A stretch of 63,531 nt of DNA, counting the filler. It is 5 parts of 5 records of this genome, joined end to end, with 100 filler letters (N's around TTAATTAATTAA, not from the genome) between each part and the next. Parts side by side here need not be neighbours in the genome. Positions count along the whole stretch, not along the records: positions 29,865 to 48,954 come from DRR723986_6426; positions 49,055 to 63,531 come from DRR723986_6429; 3 more parts are not named here. One strand, given 5' to 3'. The notes under the pieces are model-generated. The model was not told where the DNA came from. It did not search any database and saw only the letters and a program-made list of their open reading frames with translations. Positions within the stretch are counted from its first letter, which is position 1, and every line of letters starts with the position of its first letter. Positions 41,797 through 51,983 of this stretch are shown in pieces. Both the position numbers and the translations under genes were made by a program.

Positions 41797-42486
41797 GTGA
41801 GTCAACACAAACAAACAAAAGCAGCGGCGCAGCCGCAGGCCGGCCCCATTCAAGCCGAAAATACCGCAGCCCCAGACCAGACCGGTCAGCCCGATACGGA
41901 ACAGAAAATCCTGGATGCTGCCCGTAAGATATTCCTGCGCCAGGGCATGGCCGGCGCGCGCATGCAGGCGATAGCAGACGCAGCCGGTATCAACAAAGCC
42001 ATGCTGCACTACTACTATCGCAACAAACAGAAACTGTTTAATGCTGTGTTTAAGGAAGCTGTCGGCCGCATTCTCAGCGTAGTATTTACTACCATCAACT
42101 CAGATGAAACGCTTGATGCCAAGATTCCGCGTTTCTATCAGGAATACATATCAATATTACAGCAACACCCTGACGTGCCTGGTTTTGTCCTGAGTGAGAT
42201 CCGCCAAAACCCCGCCTGGATCAGCCAGGTCATCGATCCCAAAAACATACCCCGACCGCAAAAATTTCTTGCGCAGCTCCAGGAAGGTGACACGCTCCAA
42301 AACTTAAACTGTTCGCGACCGGAACACCTGATGGTTAACATGCTTTCTCTGGCATTGTTTCCCTTCATCGCCGCCCCGCTGATCAAAGGGATTCTAGGGT
42401 TCTCCGATGCTGAATTCGCCGAATTCATCGAAGAGCGTAAAACACACCTGCCCACATTCTTTAAACAGGCCATGCAACCATCATGA
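41797..42486 (+). CDS. TetR family regulator
   Basis: ILDAARKIF..GMAGARMQAIADAAGINKAMLHYYY..K.KLF. Confidence 0.95.
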   Translation: MSQHKQTKAAAQPQAGPIQAENTAAPDQTGQPDTEQKILDAARKIFLRQGMAGARMQAIADAAGINKAMLHYYYRNKQKLFNAVFKEAVGRILSVVFTTINSDETLDAKIPRFYQEYISILQQHPDVPGFVLSEIRQNPAWISQVIDPKNIPRPQKFLAQLQEGDTLQNLNCSRPEHLMVNMLSLALFPFIAAPLIKGILGFSDAEFAEFIEERKTHLPTFFKQAMQPS

Positions 42487-43748
42487 AAGCACACTGCATC
42501 TGCATATGCGCCTTGTTAGTGTTTGCCGGTCCTCTTAGCAGCCGGCTAAACGCCGGTGAACTTACGATTCAGGATGCCTGGCAGCGCGCCGAACAAGCAC
42601 ATCCACGTGCCACAGAACTGAGCCTGCAGGATTCGATCCACTTGCTGCGCGATGCCGATATTCGCTCAACCTGGCTGCCCAGGCTGATGTTAAACGCGCG
42701 CGCTACCTGGCAGTCGGAAACCGCCGAAATTGACATCCCCATTCCCGGGATTGACATTCCGCAACCGCCAACGACCAACTATGCGCTGGCTCTGAACCTG
42801 CAACAGAACATTTACGATGGCGGCCGCAGCTCAGCCCGCCACCAAATCAATTCCGCCGAAGCCGATGTTAACAAACTGCACCTGGCCGGCATCCTCTATC
42901 AGATCCGTGCCGATGTTAACAGCGCCTTTTTTAACAGCCTGACACTCCAGGAAGACGCGTCCATTCTGGCCGCACAAAACACAATCCTGCAGGCGAACAT
43001 TAAAGACATGCAGTCCCGCCTGCAGCAAGGCGTTATTGTTCCGGCCCTGATCGAACAACTGCAGGCAGAACTTTTGCGCCTGCGTCAACGTCAGATTGGG
43101 CTGCGCCGGCAACGCGCTATCGCACTGGACCGGCTCACGACATTTCTGGGTCAAACAATCGACAGCCAAACAGTATTAACAAGTCTGCTTCAGGCTGATA
43201 CAAATGCACGCCGCCGCCCCGAACAAGCCCTCTTTGCAGCACAGTCGCACAAACTGCAGAGATTGCAGGTCCTCCAGAGTGCGCAACGCAAACCACAACT
43301 TGCCGCTTTTGGTGACGCCGCCTTCGGCCGCCCGGGCTACAACGTCTTTGCAGAAGACCCGCACTTCTATTCCATGTTGGGCATTCAGCTGCAGTGGAAC
43401 TTCTGGGACTGGGGCCGCGCCGAACGTCAGCTTAACATCCTGCAATTACAGCAAATGGCAGTTGAGCGCCAACGCGCCGACTTTGAGCGCCGGCGCAGCC
43501 TGGCCATGCGTGAAGTCATCGAGAATATCAATACTCTGGATGAACAGCTACAACTGGATGTGTCTATTATCGACCTCCGGCAAAGCATTGCCGCTCGCAC
43601 GGCCAAACGTCTTAATCAAGGTGTAATCAACGCCTACGACTACCTTAACGACCTGCGCGAACTGGAAAACGCGCAGCTGCAAAACAACCGTCGTCGCGTT
43701 GAACGCGAACGCCTCCTTGCGACCCTTCACTTCCTGGCTGGAGAGTAA
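42483..43748 (+). CDS. TolC family outer membrane efflux protein
   Basis: Signal peptide, LPRL, QNIYDGG, WNFWDWG, helical repeats. Confidence 0.9.
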   Translation: MKAHCICICALLVFAGPLSSRLNAGELTIQDAWQRAEQAHPRATELSLQDSIHLLRDADIRSTWLPRLMLNARATWQSETAEIDIPIPGIDIPQPPTTNYALALNLQQNIYDGGRSSARHQINSAEADVNKLHLAGILYQIRADVNSAFFNSLTLQEDASILAAQNTILQANIKDMQSRLQQGVIVPALIEQLQAELLRLRQRQIGLRRQRAIALDRLTTFLGQTIDSQTVLTSLLQADTNARRRPEQALFAAQSHKLQRLQVLQSAQRKPQLAAFGDAAFGRPGYNVFAEDPHFYSMLGIQLQWNFWDWGRAERQLNILQLQQMAVERQRADFERRRSLAMREVIENINTLDEQLQLDVSIIDLRQSIAARTAKRLNQGVINAYDYLNDLRELENAQLQNNRRRVERERLLATLHFLAGE

Positions 43749-43750
43749 TC

Positions 43751-44650
43751 ATGTTTAAGTCTTGTTTTGCCGCGGCCATCTGCCTGACCGTCCTGACACT
43801 CTCCGCCTGTGAACAGGCGGATGAACTTGCCGATGCCTACGGAAACTTTGAGGCCGATGAAATCATGGTTTCTGCGGAAACCAACGGCAAAATCCTCATG
43901 TTAACCATTCAGGAAGGCCAAAACCTTGCACCGGGTGACACCGTCGCTCAGCTCGACACCAGCGACCTGCACCTGCAGCGCATGACACTCCAGGCGCAGC
44001 GCCAGGCCGTACGTGCACGCGCACCGCAGATCAGCGCCCAGATTGACATCATTCAGGCTGAACGCGCCGTTTTATTGCGCGATCAACAACGCCTGGAAGC
44101 CCTCGTGGCCGACAGCGCTGCAACACAGCAGGAATTGGACGCAGTCAGCGGACGCCTCGCAGTCCTCGCGGAGCGAATCAGTTCGATTAACACTCAACAC
44201 GAACCGCTCATCGCCGAGCTTCAAGTAATTGAGGCACAGGAACAGCGCATCACAGACCAGATTCGCAAAGCCACAATTGTTAATCCAATTGCCGGCACCG
44301 TCCTGCGTAAACACGCCGAGGCATATGAACTCAGTTCCATCGGCCGCCCACTCTACACCATTGCCGCCCTCGATCAACTCGACCTGCGCGTATTTGTCGC
44401 CGGCGCACAACTCGCAGGAATCGAACTTGGACAGCAAGCCGAAGTAATTATCGACGGGACGGACGGCAGCCTCGAAAAGCTCCAGGGCACCGTCAGCTGG
44501 ATAAATCCAAAAGCGGAATTCACGCCAACCACCGTCCAAACGCGCGAAGAGAGAGTTAACCTGGTCTACGCCGTTAAAGTTCGCACAAAAAACGATGGCC
44601 AGCTAAAAATTGGCATGCCCGGTGAAGTAAACTTCAGGACGGTGGAATAA
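43751..44650 (+). CDS. HlyD/YbhG-like membrane fusion lipoprotein
   Basis: LSAC lipobox, GNFEA, AEFTP..QT.EER.NLVYAVK, LKIGMPG. Confidence 0.93.
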   Translation: MFKSCFAAAICLTVLTLSACEQADELADAYGNFEADEIMVSAETNGKILMLTIQEGQNLAPGDTVAQLDTSDLHLQRMTLQAQRQAVRARAPQISAQIDIIQAERAVLLRDQQRLEALVADSAATQQELDAVSGRLAVLAERISSINTQHEPLIAELQVIEAQEQRITDQIRKATIVNPIAGTVLRKHAEAYELSSIGRPLYTIAALDQLDLRVFVAGAQLAGIELGQQAEVIIDGTDGSLEKLQGTVSWINPKAEFTPTTVQTREERVNLVYAVKVRTKNDGQLKIGMPGEVNFRTVE

Positions 44651-44652
44651 CA

Positions 44653-45630
44653 ATGCCAACACCCATTGTCCAATTCGAAAATATTAATAAACACTTCGCC
44701 AAAACTGCCGCACTACAGAATTGCAGTGCCACAATTCACGAAGGTGAGATATTTGGATTCATTGGGCCGGACGGCGCGGGTAAAACCACTCTCTTCCGCA
44801 TTCTAACAACTCTGTTAACGCCCGACAGCGGCAACGCAAAAGTCCTTGGCTTTGATGTAGTCCGCGACTACAAAAATATTCGGCCATTGCTTGGCTACAT
44901 GCCCGGCAAATTCTCACTCTACCATGACCTGAGCATTGAGGAAAACCTTCATTTTTTTGCCGGAATTTTTAACGCCGATATCGATGCCAATTTTGAACTC
45001 ATCCGCGAACTCTACGAACAGTTGGCACCATTTAAGGATCGTCGCGCCGGTAAACTCTCCGGCGGTATGAAACAAAAACTGGCCCTCTGTTGTGCCCTGA
45101 TTCACAAACCGCGCCTCGTGATCCTCGACGAACCCACAACCGGTGTCGATGCCGTCTCCAGACGTGAGTTCTGGGACATGCTCGCGCGCCTGCGCAGTCG
45201 TGGTATCAGCATCGTCGTCAGCACGCCCTACATGGACGAAGCGCAGCGCTGCGACCGCATCGCCCTCATGCAAAATGGACAGATATTAACAACCAGCACA
45301 CCTTCCCAGCTTTCAAGCACATATAGCCGGCCATTATTGCGCATCCAGGTTAAACAGACATTTGCAGCGCTGGCCACACTGCGCGATTTGCCACATACAT
45401 ATAGTGTCTACAGTTTCGGTGACGCCCTGCACTACAGCGACAAGCGCGAACATGCTGATGTAGATGCCGATGCAATTGCTGCCATCGAACAACACCTGGC
45501 CTATGCCGGCATAACAGTCGATTCAATTCGGCCGATACAAGCTGATATCGAAGACAGTTTTATGCTGCTCTCCACGGAACAGGCACACGCACAGACACAA
45601 GCCGATAATGGGGACCAGACACATGCCTGA
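44653..45630 (+). CDS. ABC transporter ATP-binding protein
   Basis: GPDGAGKTT, LSGGMKQK, LDEPTTGVD, STPYMDEA. Confidence 0.96.
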   Translation: MPTPIVQFENINKHFAKTAALQNCSATIHEGEIFGFIGPDGAGKTTLFRILTTLLTPDSGNAKVLGFDVVRDYKNIRPLLGYMPGKFSLYHDLSIEENLHFFAGIFNADIDANFELIRELYEQLAPFKDRRAGKLSGGMKQKLALCCALIHKPRLVILDEPTTGVDAVSRREFWDMLARLRSRGISIVVSTPYMDEAQRCDRIALMQNGQILTTSTPSQLSSTYSRPLLRIQVKQTFAALATLRDLPHTYSVYSFGDALHYSDKREHADVDADAIAAIEQHLAYAGITVDSIRPIQADIEDSFMLLSTEQAHAQTQADNGDQTHA

Positions 45631-46393
45631 GCCCCAATCCAAAAACATCGTAGTCCAGGCGCACAAACTCACGAAACAATTCGGCAGTTTTACAGCCGTA
45701 GACGCCATCTCCTTTGAAGTCACAGCTGGTGAAATCTTCGGTTTCCTGGGTGCCAACGGCGCCGGAAAAACAACCGCAATCCGCATGTTAACCGGTCTGC
45801 TGCGTCCCAGCGGTGGGCAGGCGCAAGTAGCCGGGCTGGATGTCTTCACGCAGAGCGCGATGATCAAACGTCGCATCGGCTACATGAGCCAGCGCTTTTC
45901 ACTCTATGAAGACTTGACAGTCTTTGAGAATATGCGCTTTTACGGCGCCATCTATGGTATTCCGCGGCAGGACTTAAACAACAAGATTGATACAACACTT
46001 GCCGGCCTGGATCTCACATCCTCGCGAAACACACTGCTGAGCGCACTACCCCTGGGCTGGAAACAGCGCCTTGCATTTTCGACGGCACTCATCCACGAAC
46101 CGGCAGTTGTATTCCTGGATGAACCAACCGGTGGTGTTGACCCAATCACGCGCCGCCAGTTTTGGGAAATGATTTACGCGCAGGCCGAACGCGGCACCAC
46201 CATTTTTGTCACCACCCATTACATGGATGAAGCCGAGTATTGTGACCGTGTTTCAATTATGGTGGACGGAAATATTGCCGCCCTGGACACGCCGCAGGGA
46301 CTTAAACAGTCCTTCAAAGCCAAAACCATGGACGATGTATTCGTACAGCTTGTGCGCGGTCCGCAAACCACAAAAATGGCGGCGGAGGCTTAA
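45623..46393 (+). CDS. ABC transporter ATP-binding protein
   Basis: GANGAGKTT, degenerate signature LPLGWKQR, LDEPTGGVD, TTHYMDEA. Confidence 0.95.
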   Translation: MPEPQSKNIVVQAHKLTKQFGSFTAVDAISFEVTAGEIFGFLGANGAGKTTAIRMLTGLLRPSGGQAQVAGLDVFTQSAMIKRRIGYMSQRFSLYEDLTVFENMRFYGAIYGIPRQDLNNKIDTTLAGLDLTSSRNTLLSALPLGWKQRLAFSTALIHEPAVVFLDEPTGGVDPITRRQFWEMIYAQAERGTTIFVTTHYMDEAEYCDRVSIMVDGNIAALDTPQGLKQSFKAKTMDDVFVQLVRGPQTTKMAAEA

Positions 46394-46395
46394 AC

Positions 46396-47520
46396 ATGCG
46401 TGCATTTCGAGGTTTTGTCTTCAAGGAATTCCGTCACATCCTGCGTGACCCACGCACCCTCCTGATACTTTTTGGCATGCCGCTGATTCAGATGGTCCTG
46501 TTTGGTTTTGCCATCAGCACCGAACTGCGCACCTCCGATTTTGCGGTACTGAATCAGTCGCACGATGCGGCCAGTTCAGCGCTGCTGGAACACATGCGCG
46601 CATCCAGTTACTTCAGGTTAAATGCAAGCGTTAATACCGAAGCAGACTTACATGCTTTGATGCAAGCCGGAGAAATTAAACTTGGCCTGATTATCGGGCC
46701 AGGTTTTGCGCAAAACATCAGGCAGGCCGATGCCGCTGCCTTGCGAATTGTCACTGACGCCGGCGATCCCAATACCGCGCGGCTGCTTAGCAGTTATGCA
46801 TCGGCAATTGTTCGTCAGTTTCGGATGGAGTTAAATAATAGCGCTGCTGCAGGTGCGGCCGCAAACGGAGTTGCAGGCGTACAAATGCGCACAAGTCTCT
46901 TGTTTAATCCCCTGCTCGAATCCGTTTACATGTTCGTTCCCGGCCTCATCGTAGTTGTCCTGATGCTCGTTTCAGCCCTGATGACGTCAATCGCGATTAC
47001 CCGTGAAAAAGAACTTGGCACTATGGAAGTTCTGCTCGTATCGCCGCTGCGGCCCTATCAAATTATTCTGGGCAAAGTGTTGCCCTACCTGCTGCTTTCC
47101 TGCATCATTGCAGCCCTGATCCTGGTGCTGTCACAAACCGTGTTTAATCTGCCCTTCCGCGGCAGCATGCTGCTGTTCTGGGTCGAATGCCTCCTGTTCA
47201 TTTTCACGTCCCTGGCGCTTGGAATTTTTATCTCAACTGTCGCCAAAACACAGCAGGTCGCCATGATGGTTTCACTCGCGGGATTGTTAATGCCGACGAT
47301 CTTGCTCTCCGGGTTCATTTTTCCGATTGAAAACATGCCCGCTCCCCTGCAAATGGTGGCCAACCTGATTCCGGCGCGCTGGTTTCTGGAGATTCTCAAA
47401 GGCATTATGATTAAGGGACTTGGCATTCAACATCTCTGGTTACCAACTCTGGTAATCTGCACCATGTTAATCGCTTTCGTTGGGCTCAGCATCCGCAACT
47501 TTAAAGTACGACTGCAATAA
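46396..47520 (+). CDS. ABC-2 type permease (YbhS-like)
   Basis: KEFRHILRD, FNP, VPGL, REKELGTME, LSGFIFPIENMP. Confidence 0.94.
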   Translation: MRAFRGFVFKEFRHILRDPRTLLILFGMPLIQMVLFGFAISTELRTSDFAVLNQSHDAASSALLEHMRASSYFRLNASVNTEADLHALMQAGEIKLGLIIGPGFAQNIRQADAAALRIVTDAGDPNTARLLSSYASAIVRQFRMELNNSAAAGAAANGVAGVQMRTSLLFNPLLESVYMFVPGLIVVVLMLVSALMTSIAITREKELGTMEVLLVSPLRPYQIILGKVLPYLLLSCIIAALILVLSQTVFNLPFRGSMLLFWVECLLFIFTSLALGIFISTVAKTQQVAMMVSLAGLLMPTILLSGFIFPIENMPAPLQMVANLIPARWFLEILKGIMIKGLGIQHLWLPTLVICTMLIAFVGLSIRNFKVRLQ

Positions 47521-47533
47521 ATAGGTATCAGGC

Positions 47534-48664
47534 ATGCGCAGCATCTACTACATCATCCAGAAAGAATTCCTGCAGATATTCCGCAATAAACAAATGTTGC
47601 CGATTATCTTCATCATGCCAATCATTCAACTATTTGTTCTCGTCTATGCCGCCAACTTTGACGTCCGCCAGATTCGGCTGGATGTTAACGATCGCGACTT
47701 CAGCCAGGCATCTCAACTCCTCCAACAAAAACTTGAGGCCGGTGGATTATTTACAATTGTTAACCATTCAGCCACCGCCGCTGAGGGTCGCACTAAGCTC
47801 GCAATTAGAGAAGCCGATCTCGCCATCGTAATCCCATTTAACTTTGAACGCGATCTACACTCCGGCGCTGATCCAACAGTTCAGGTCGCCGTAGATGCCC
47901 TCAACGGATTTGCGGCAGGCATAAGTCAGTCATACATCGCCGCCCTGGTACAAGATTTTAACGCAGAACACTTCCGGCAGAACCTGCCGAATATTGCCGG
48001 AGGCGCGCCTCAGGCTCCTCCACAGGCTGTCATCACGACGTCATTCTGGTACAACAGCAACATGGACTATAAAATTTTTATGGCGCCCGGCATTCTGGTT
48101 GTTTTGATTACAATGATCGGTCTTTTCCTGGCCAGCATGAATATCGTCAAGGAAAAAGAAAGCGGCACCATCGAACAGTTAAACGTCACTCCGATTAACA
48201 AATTCCAATTCATCGCGGGCAAACTCACGCCCTTTTGGATTCTGGCACTCGCCGAATTGTGCTTTGGAATGTTTGTAGTTAAACTCGCATTTGACGTCCC
48301 ATTTCTTGGCAGTATTGGTCTTGTCTTTTTCTCAGCCGCCATCTACATGATTGTTGTGCTGGCCCTGGGCCTACTGATTTCCACGATAACCGAAACACAG
48401 CAACAAGCCATGTTTATCGCATGGTTTATCATGGTCGTTTTTATTTTGATGAGCGGCATGTTCACGTCGATTGACAGTATGCCGGACTGGGCCCAGTCAA
48501 TCAGCGCCGCCAATCCGGTCGCCTACCTGATCGAGATAATTCGGCGGGTATTGTTAAAAGGCGCAACCCTCGGCGATATTGCTCAACAGCTGTACATTTT
48601 AAGTGCAATGGCCGCTGGGATGTTAATCTTCGCGGGTCTGCGGCATCGCACATCAACGGCTTAA
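47534..48664 (+). CDS. ABC-2 type permease (YbhR-like)
   Basis: KEFLQIFR, PGIL, KEKESGTIEQL.VTP, MSGMFTSIDSMP. Confidence 0.94.
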   Translation: MRSIYYIIQKEFLQIFRNKQMLPIIFIMPIIQLFVLVYAANFDVRQIRLDVNDRDFSQASQLLQQKLEAGGLFTIVNHSATAAEGRTKLAIREADLAIVIPFNFERDLHSGADPTVQVAVDALNGFAAGISQSYIAALVQDFNAEHFRQNLPNIAGGAPQAPPQAVITTSFWYNSNMDYKIFMAPGILVVLITMIGLFLASMNIVKEKESGTIEQLNVTPINKFQFIAGKLTPFWILALAELCFGMFVVKLAFDVPFLGSIGLVFFSAAIYMIVVLALGLLISTITETQQQAMFIAWFIMVVFILMSGMFTSIDSMPDWAQSISAANPVAYLIEIIRRVLLKGATLGDIAQQLYILSAMAAGMLIFAGLRHRTSTA

Positions 48665-48954
48665 ACCTGCAGCAAACAACTTGAGCGCTCACCTGCAGTG
48701 GCTTTTAATGAACTCTTGTTTGTCACTGAGCCACAAGTCCTCAGCATTTGAGCCTGCCCCAAACCATTCAGTCCGAAGCACTTGTGCTGAGCTGGCGGGT
48801 AACGCGGTTAGTGAGTTATCGACGTCTAGCCGGAACTCTGCCGGTTTATCATGCAGCGCAATTATGAATGGGCGAACCATGAGCCTCGTCTACTCGGCAC
48901 GAATTCCAAAAGAAGCTGCGATGGTTTGTACCGCTCAATCGTTTTGACTTGCAT

Positions 48955-49054
48955 NNNNNNNNNNNNNNNNNNNNNNNNNNNNNNNNNNNNNNNNNNNNTT
49001 AATTAATTAANNNNNNNNNNNNNNNNNNNNNNNNNNNNNNNNNNNNNNNNNNNN
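48955..49054. other. Artificial contig linker
   Basis: N-run/TTAATTAATTAA/N-run. Confidence 0.99.
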
Positions 49055-49055
49055 C

Positions 49056-49229
49056 AAATGCAAATTCCGCCGCAAAGTTGTGCCCGGTGATGTGCTTGAG
49101 ATGAATCTCAAGACTTTGCGTGGTAAGCCGGGCGGGAAAGTTTGGAAATTCGGCGGTGTTGCGACCGTAGAAGGCGAAGTGGCAGCCGAAGTTGAATTTT
49201 CGGCGCTCGTAGATCTTCAAAAGGCTTGA
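49056..49229 (+). CDS. fabZ: 3-hydroxyacyl-ACP dehydratase, 3' fragment (absent from track)
   Basis: Manual translation [16 protein letters not shown]...[23 protein letters not shown]; upstream of lpxA. Confidence 0.92.
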   Translation, partial: KCKFRRKVVPGDVLEMNLKTLRGKPGGKVWKFGGVATVEGEVAAEVEFSALVDLQKA

Positions 49230-49232
49230 TCC

Positions 49233-50018
49233 ATGTCGCAGATTCATCCCAGTTCAGTCATTGAAGATGGCGCTATTATTGGGGCCGATTGCACGATTGG
49301 ACCTTTTTGTGTTGTTGGCTCGGATGTCCGATTAGGCGACCGGGTTGAACTCAGATCCCATGTGGTTGTTACCGGGGATACTGAAATTGGGGCTGATACA
49401 GTCGTCTTCTCGTTTGCTGTGATCGGTGAGATCCCGCAGGATCTGAAATTCAAAGGGGAACAATGTTCGGTTGTGATCGGGGCGCGAAACCGGATTCGCG
49501 AACATGTGACCGTGAATGCCGGAACCGAAGGCGGCGGCGGAATTACCCGGATTGGCGATGACAATCTGTTGATGGCAGGGTGTCATATTGCCCATGATGT
49601 TCATCTTGGAAACAACGTGGTTATTGTAAATTCCGCAGCAATCGCTGGGCACGTCATTATTGATGACAACGTCATCATTGGTGGGTTGTCCGGGGTTCAT
49701 CAATTTGTTCGCATTGGGCGTGGCGCCATTATTGGCGCGGTCACGATGGTTACAAATGATGTCATCCCATATGGCTTGGTTCAGGCCCCGCGTGGGGAAT
49801 TGGATGGCCTAAATCTTGTTGGCCTCAAACGTCGCGGCGTCTCGCGACAGGATATTACATCGCTTCGGGCTGCGTTTCAGATGCTTGCACAGGGCGAAGG
49901 GACGTTTCACGAACGGGCAAAACGCTTGGGCGATGAAACCGAAAGCGACTATGTGCGCGAGATCGTGGACTTTGTTATGGGCGATTCTGATCGTTCCTTC
50001 CTAACGCCGGGGAGCTAA
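49233..50018 (+). CDS. lpxA: UDP-N-acetylglucosamine acyltransferase
   Basis: Hexapeptide repeats, PQDLK, HIAHD, VHQF, GLNLVGLKRRG. Confidence 0.97.
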   Translation: MSQIHPSSVIEDGAIIGADCTIGPFCVVGSDVRLGDRVELRSHVVVTGDTEIGADTVVFSFAVIGEIPQDLKFKGEQCSVVIGARNRIREHVTVNAGTEGGGGITRIGDDNLLMAGCHIAHDVHLGNNVVIVNSAAIAGHVIIDDNVIIGGLSGVHQFVRIGRGAIIGAVTMVTNDVIPYGLVQAPRGELDGLNLVGLKRRGVSRQDITSLRAAFQMLAQGEGTFHERAKRLGDETESDYVREIVDFVMGDSDRSFLTPGS

Positions 50019-50022
50019 CATC

Positions 50023-50817
50023 ATGCTTGCACTCATCGTTGGATCAGGACGTTTGCCGGCCCAAGTTGTCGCGCGCTTGTCCGATGCGCCCCTGATCTTT
50101 TCCCTAGAAGGGTTTACGCCTGATGGGGTTCAAGTTGATCGCTCATTCCGGTTGGAAACGCTTGGAACGCTAATTGCTGAGGTCAAAGACAAAGGCGTAA
50201 CTAATGTGTGCTTTGTTGGATCCATTCAGCGACCGCCCGTTGATCCATCGCGGATAGACGCGGCGACGATGCCTTTGGTTCCGATTATTCAAAAGGCGTT
50301 GATGTCGGGTGATGATGGGGCTTTGCGCGCTGTGATCGAGATTTTTGAACAGGCCGGGTTGCACGTTCGGGCGGCGCATGAACTGGCGCCGGATCTGTTG
50401 CCACCCCTTGGGTGCCCTACAAAAGCTCAGCCCTCGGACACGGATCAAGCAGACGCCGAGCGTGGCGCTGAAATTGTGCAATGCATGTGTGCCGCCGATG
50501 TCGGACAAGCCTGTGTGATATTGCGACGTCAAGCGTTGGCGATCGAAGGGGTATTTGGAACCGATTGGATGCTGCAATCCCTGACCCAACGACCAGACGC
50601 GGGCGGCGGTGTTTTATTCAAAGCGCCGAAACCCGATCAAGACCGCCGGGTGGATCTGCCGACCATCGGAACAGGGACTGTCACTGCAGCCGTCGCAGCA
50701 GGGCTTGCGGGAGTCGTCATCGAACAGGGTGGTGTCATCGTGTTAGATTGGGATCATGTTGTGGCAGAATGTGACCGCCTAGGTCTGTTTCTTTGGGTTC
50801 GTGAGCGAGCCGACTGA
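50023..50817 (+). CDS. lpxI: UDP-2,3-diacylglucosamine hydrolase
   Basis: DVGQ, AIEG..GTD, KAPKPDQD.R.DLPTIG; lies between lpxA and lpxB. Confidence 0.93.
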   Translation: MLALIVGSGRLPAQVVARLSDAPLIFSLEGFTPDGVQVDRSFRLETLGTLIAEVKDKGVTNVCFVGSIQRPPVDPSRIDAATMPLVPIIQKALMSGDDGALRAVIEIFEQAGLHVRAAHELAPDLLPPLGCPTKAQPSDTDQADAERGAEIVQCMCAADVGQACVILRRQALAIEGVFGTDWMLQSLTQRPDAGGGVLFKAPKPDQDRRVDLPTIGTGTVTAAVAAGLAGVVIEQGGVIVLDWDHVVAECDRLGLFLWVRERAD

Positions 50818-51977
50818 TGCGCGTCTTTATCCTTGCCGGTGAACCGTCGGGGGACCGGCTTGGGGCGGCGTTGATGGATGGGTTGAAAACCCTTTGTCCC
50901 GAAGTGCGTTTTGATGGGATCGGTGGAACATTGATGCAAGAGCAGGGGCTTGTCAGCCGCTTTCCCATGCAAGAACTCAGCATCATGGGCCTGACCGAGG
51001 TTCTACCGAAATACTTTCATCTGAAAAAACGAATTGCTGAAACCGCTGAACAGGTGCTGGACACTAAGCCAGATGTGTTGATCACAATCGACAGTCCGGA
51101 CTTTTGCTTGCGGGTTGCTAAAATCGTCAAGGCCGCCAGCAATATCCATACCGTCCACTATGTTGCGCCCAGCGTGTGGGCCTGGCGTCCAAAACGAGCA
51201 GGCAAGATGGCCGCGGTCATTGATCATGTTCTTGCGCTGTTGCCGTTTGAACCCTCTTATATGGAAGCTGCCGGAACGGCCTGTGATTTCGTGGGGCACC
51301 CAGTAGTGGGTGAACCACAAGCAACCGAACAAGAAATCACTGCGTTTCGTACACATTACGGTTTGGGCGATGCGCCTGTTCTGCTGGCCTTACCCGGTTC
51401 GCGACGCGGTGAGGTCGCAAAGCTCACGCCGATATTTGGCCAAGGCCTTGCACCTTTCCTTGCAGACCACCCGAATATGCGCGTCGTCGTACCGGCAACG
51501 CCGAACGTGGCGGATTTGGTCACGGAACTTGTCAAAGACTGGCCGGGGCGTCCGGTCGTCATCAACCCCAGTGAATTTAACCAAGATACGGCCAAAAGCC
51601 ACAAACGAGCGGCCTTTGCTACGGCTTCGATGGCCTTGGCTGCGTCTGGCACTGTCTCGCTGGAATTGGCTGCAGCCGATACGCCCATGGTGATCGCGTA
51701 TAAATTTAGCTGGTTAACTCATACCATCATGGAAAAGATGGCGTTGATTGATACAGTCACACTGGTGAATCTGGTTAGCGACACCCGGACCATTCCCGAA
51801 AGCCTTGGACCTGCGTGTTTACCCGAGAATATCGCTGCTGGTCTGGCGCATGTGTTTGAGAACCCACAAGAGCAGGCAGAAGCGATGCGCATCACGATGG
51901 AGCGTCTGGGCCGCGATGGCGAAGAGCCGGGCTTGCGGGCCGCACGTGCTGTTCTGGCGCGGCTGCCAAAAGGATAA
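50817..51977 (+). CDS. lpxB: Lipid-A-disaccharide synthase
   Basis: AGEPSGD, IDSPDF, PSVWAWR, LPFE, VGHP, LPGSR, SGTVSLE. Confidence 0.97.
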   Translation: MRVFILAGEPSGDRLGAALMDGLKTLCPEVRFDGIGGTLMQEQGLVSRFPMQELSIMGLTEVLPKYFHLKKRIAETAEQVLDTKPDVLITIDSPDFCLRVAKIVKAASNIHTVHYVAPSVWAWRPKRAGKMAAVIDHVLALLPFEPSYMEAAGTACDFVGHPVVGEPQATEQEITAFRTHYGLGDAPVLLALPGSRRGEVAKLTPIFGQGLAPFLADHPNMRVVVPATPNVADLVTELVKDWPGRPVVINPSEFNQDTAKSHKRAAFATASMALAASGTVSLELAAADTPMVIAYKFSWLTHTIMEKMALIDTVTLVNLVSDTRTIPESLGPACLPENIAAGLAHVFENPQEQAEAMRITMERLGRDGEEPGLRAARAVLARLPKG

Positions 51978-51983
51978 CACAGC

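Noticed and set aside
48681-48954. Gene fragment at the end of contig 4
   Set aside because: All three minus frames hit stops near the contig edge; no recognisable product.
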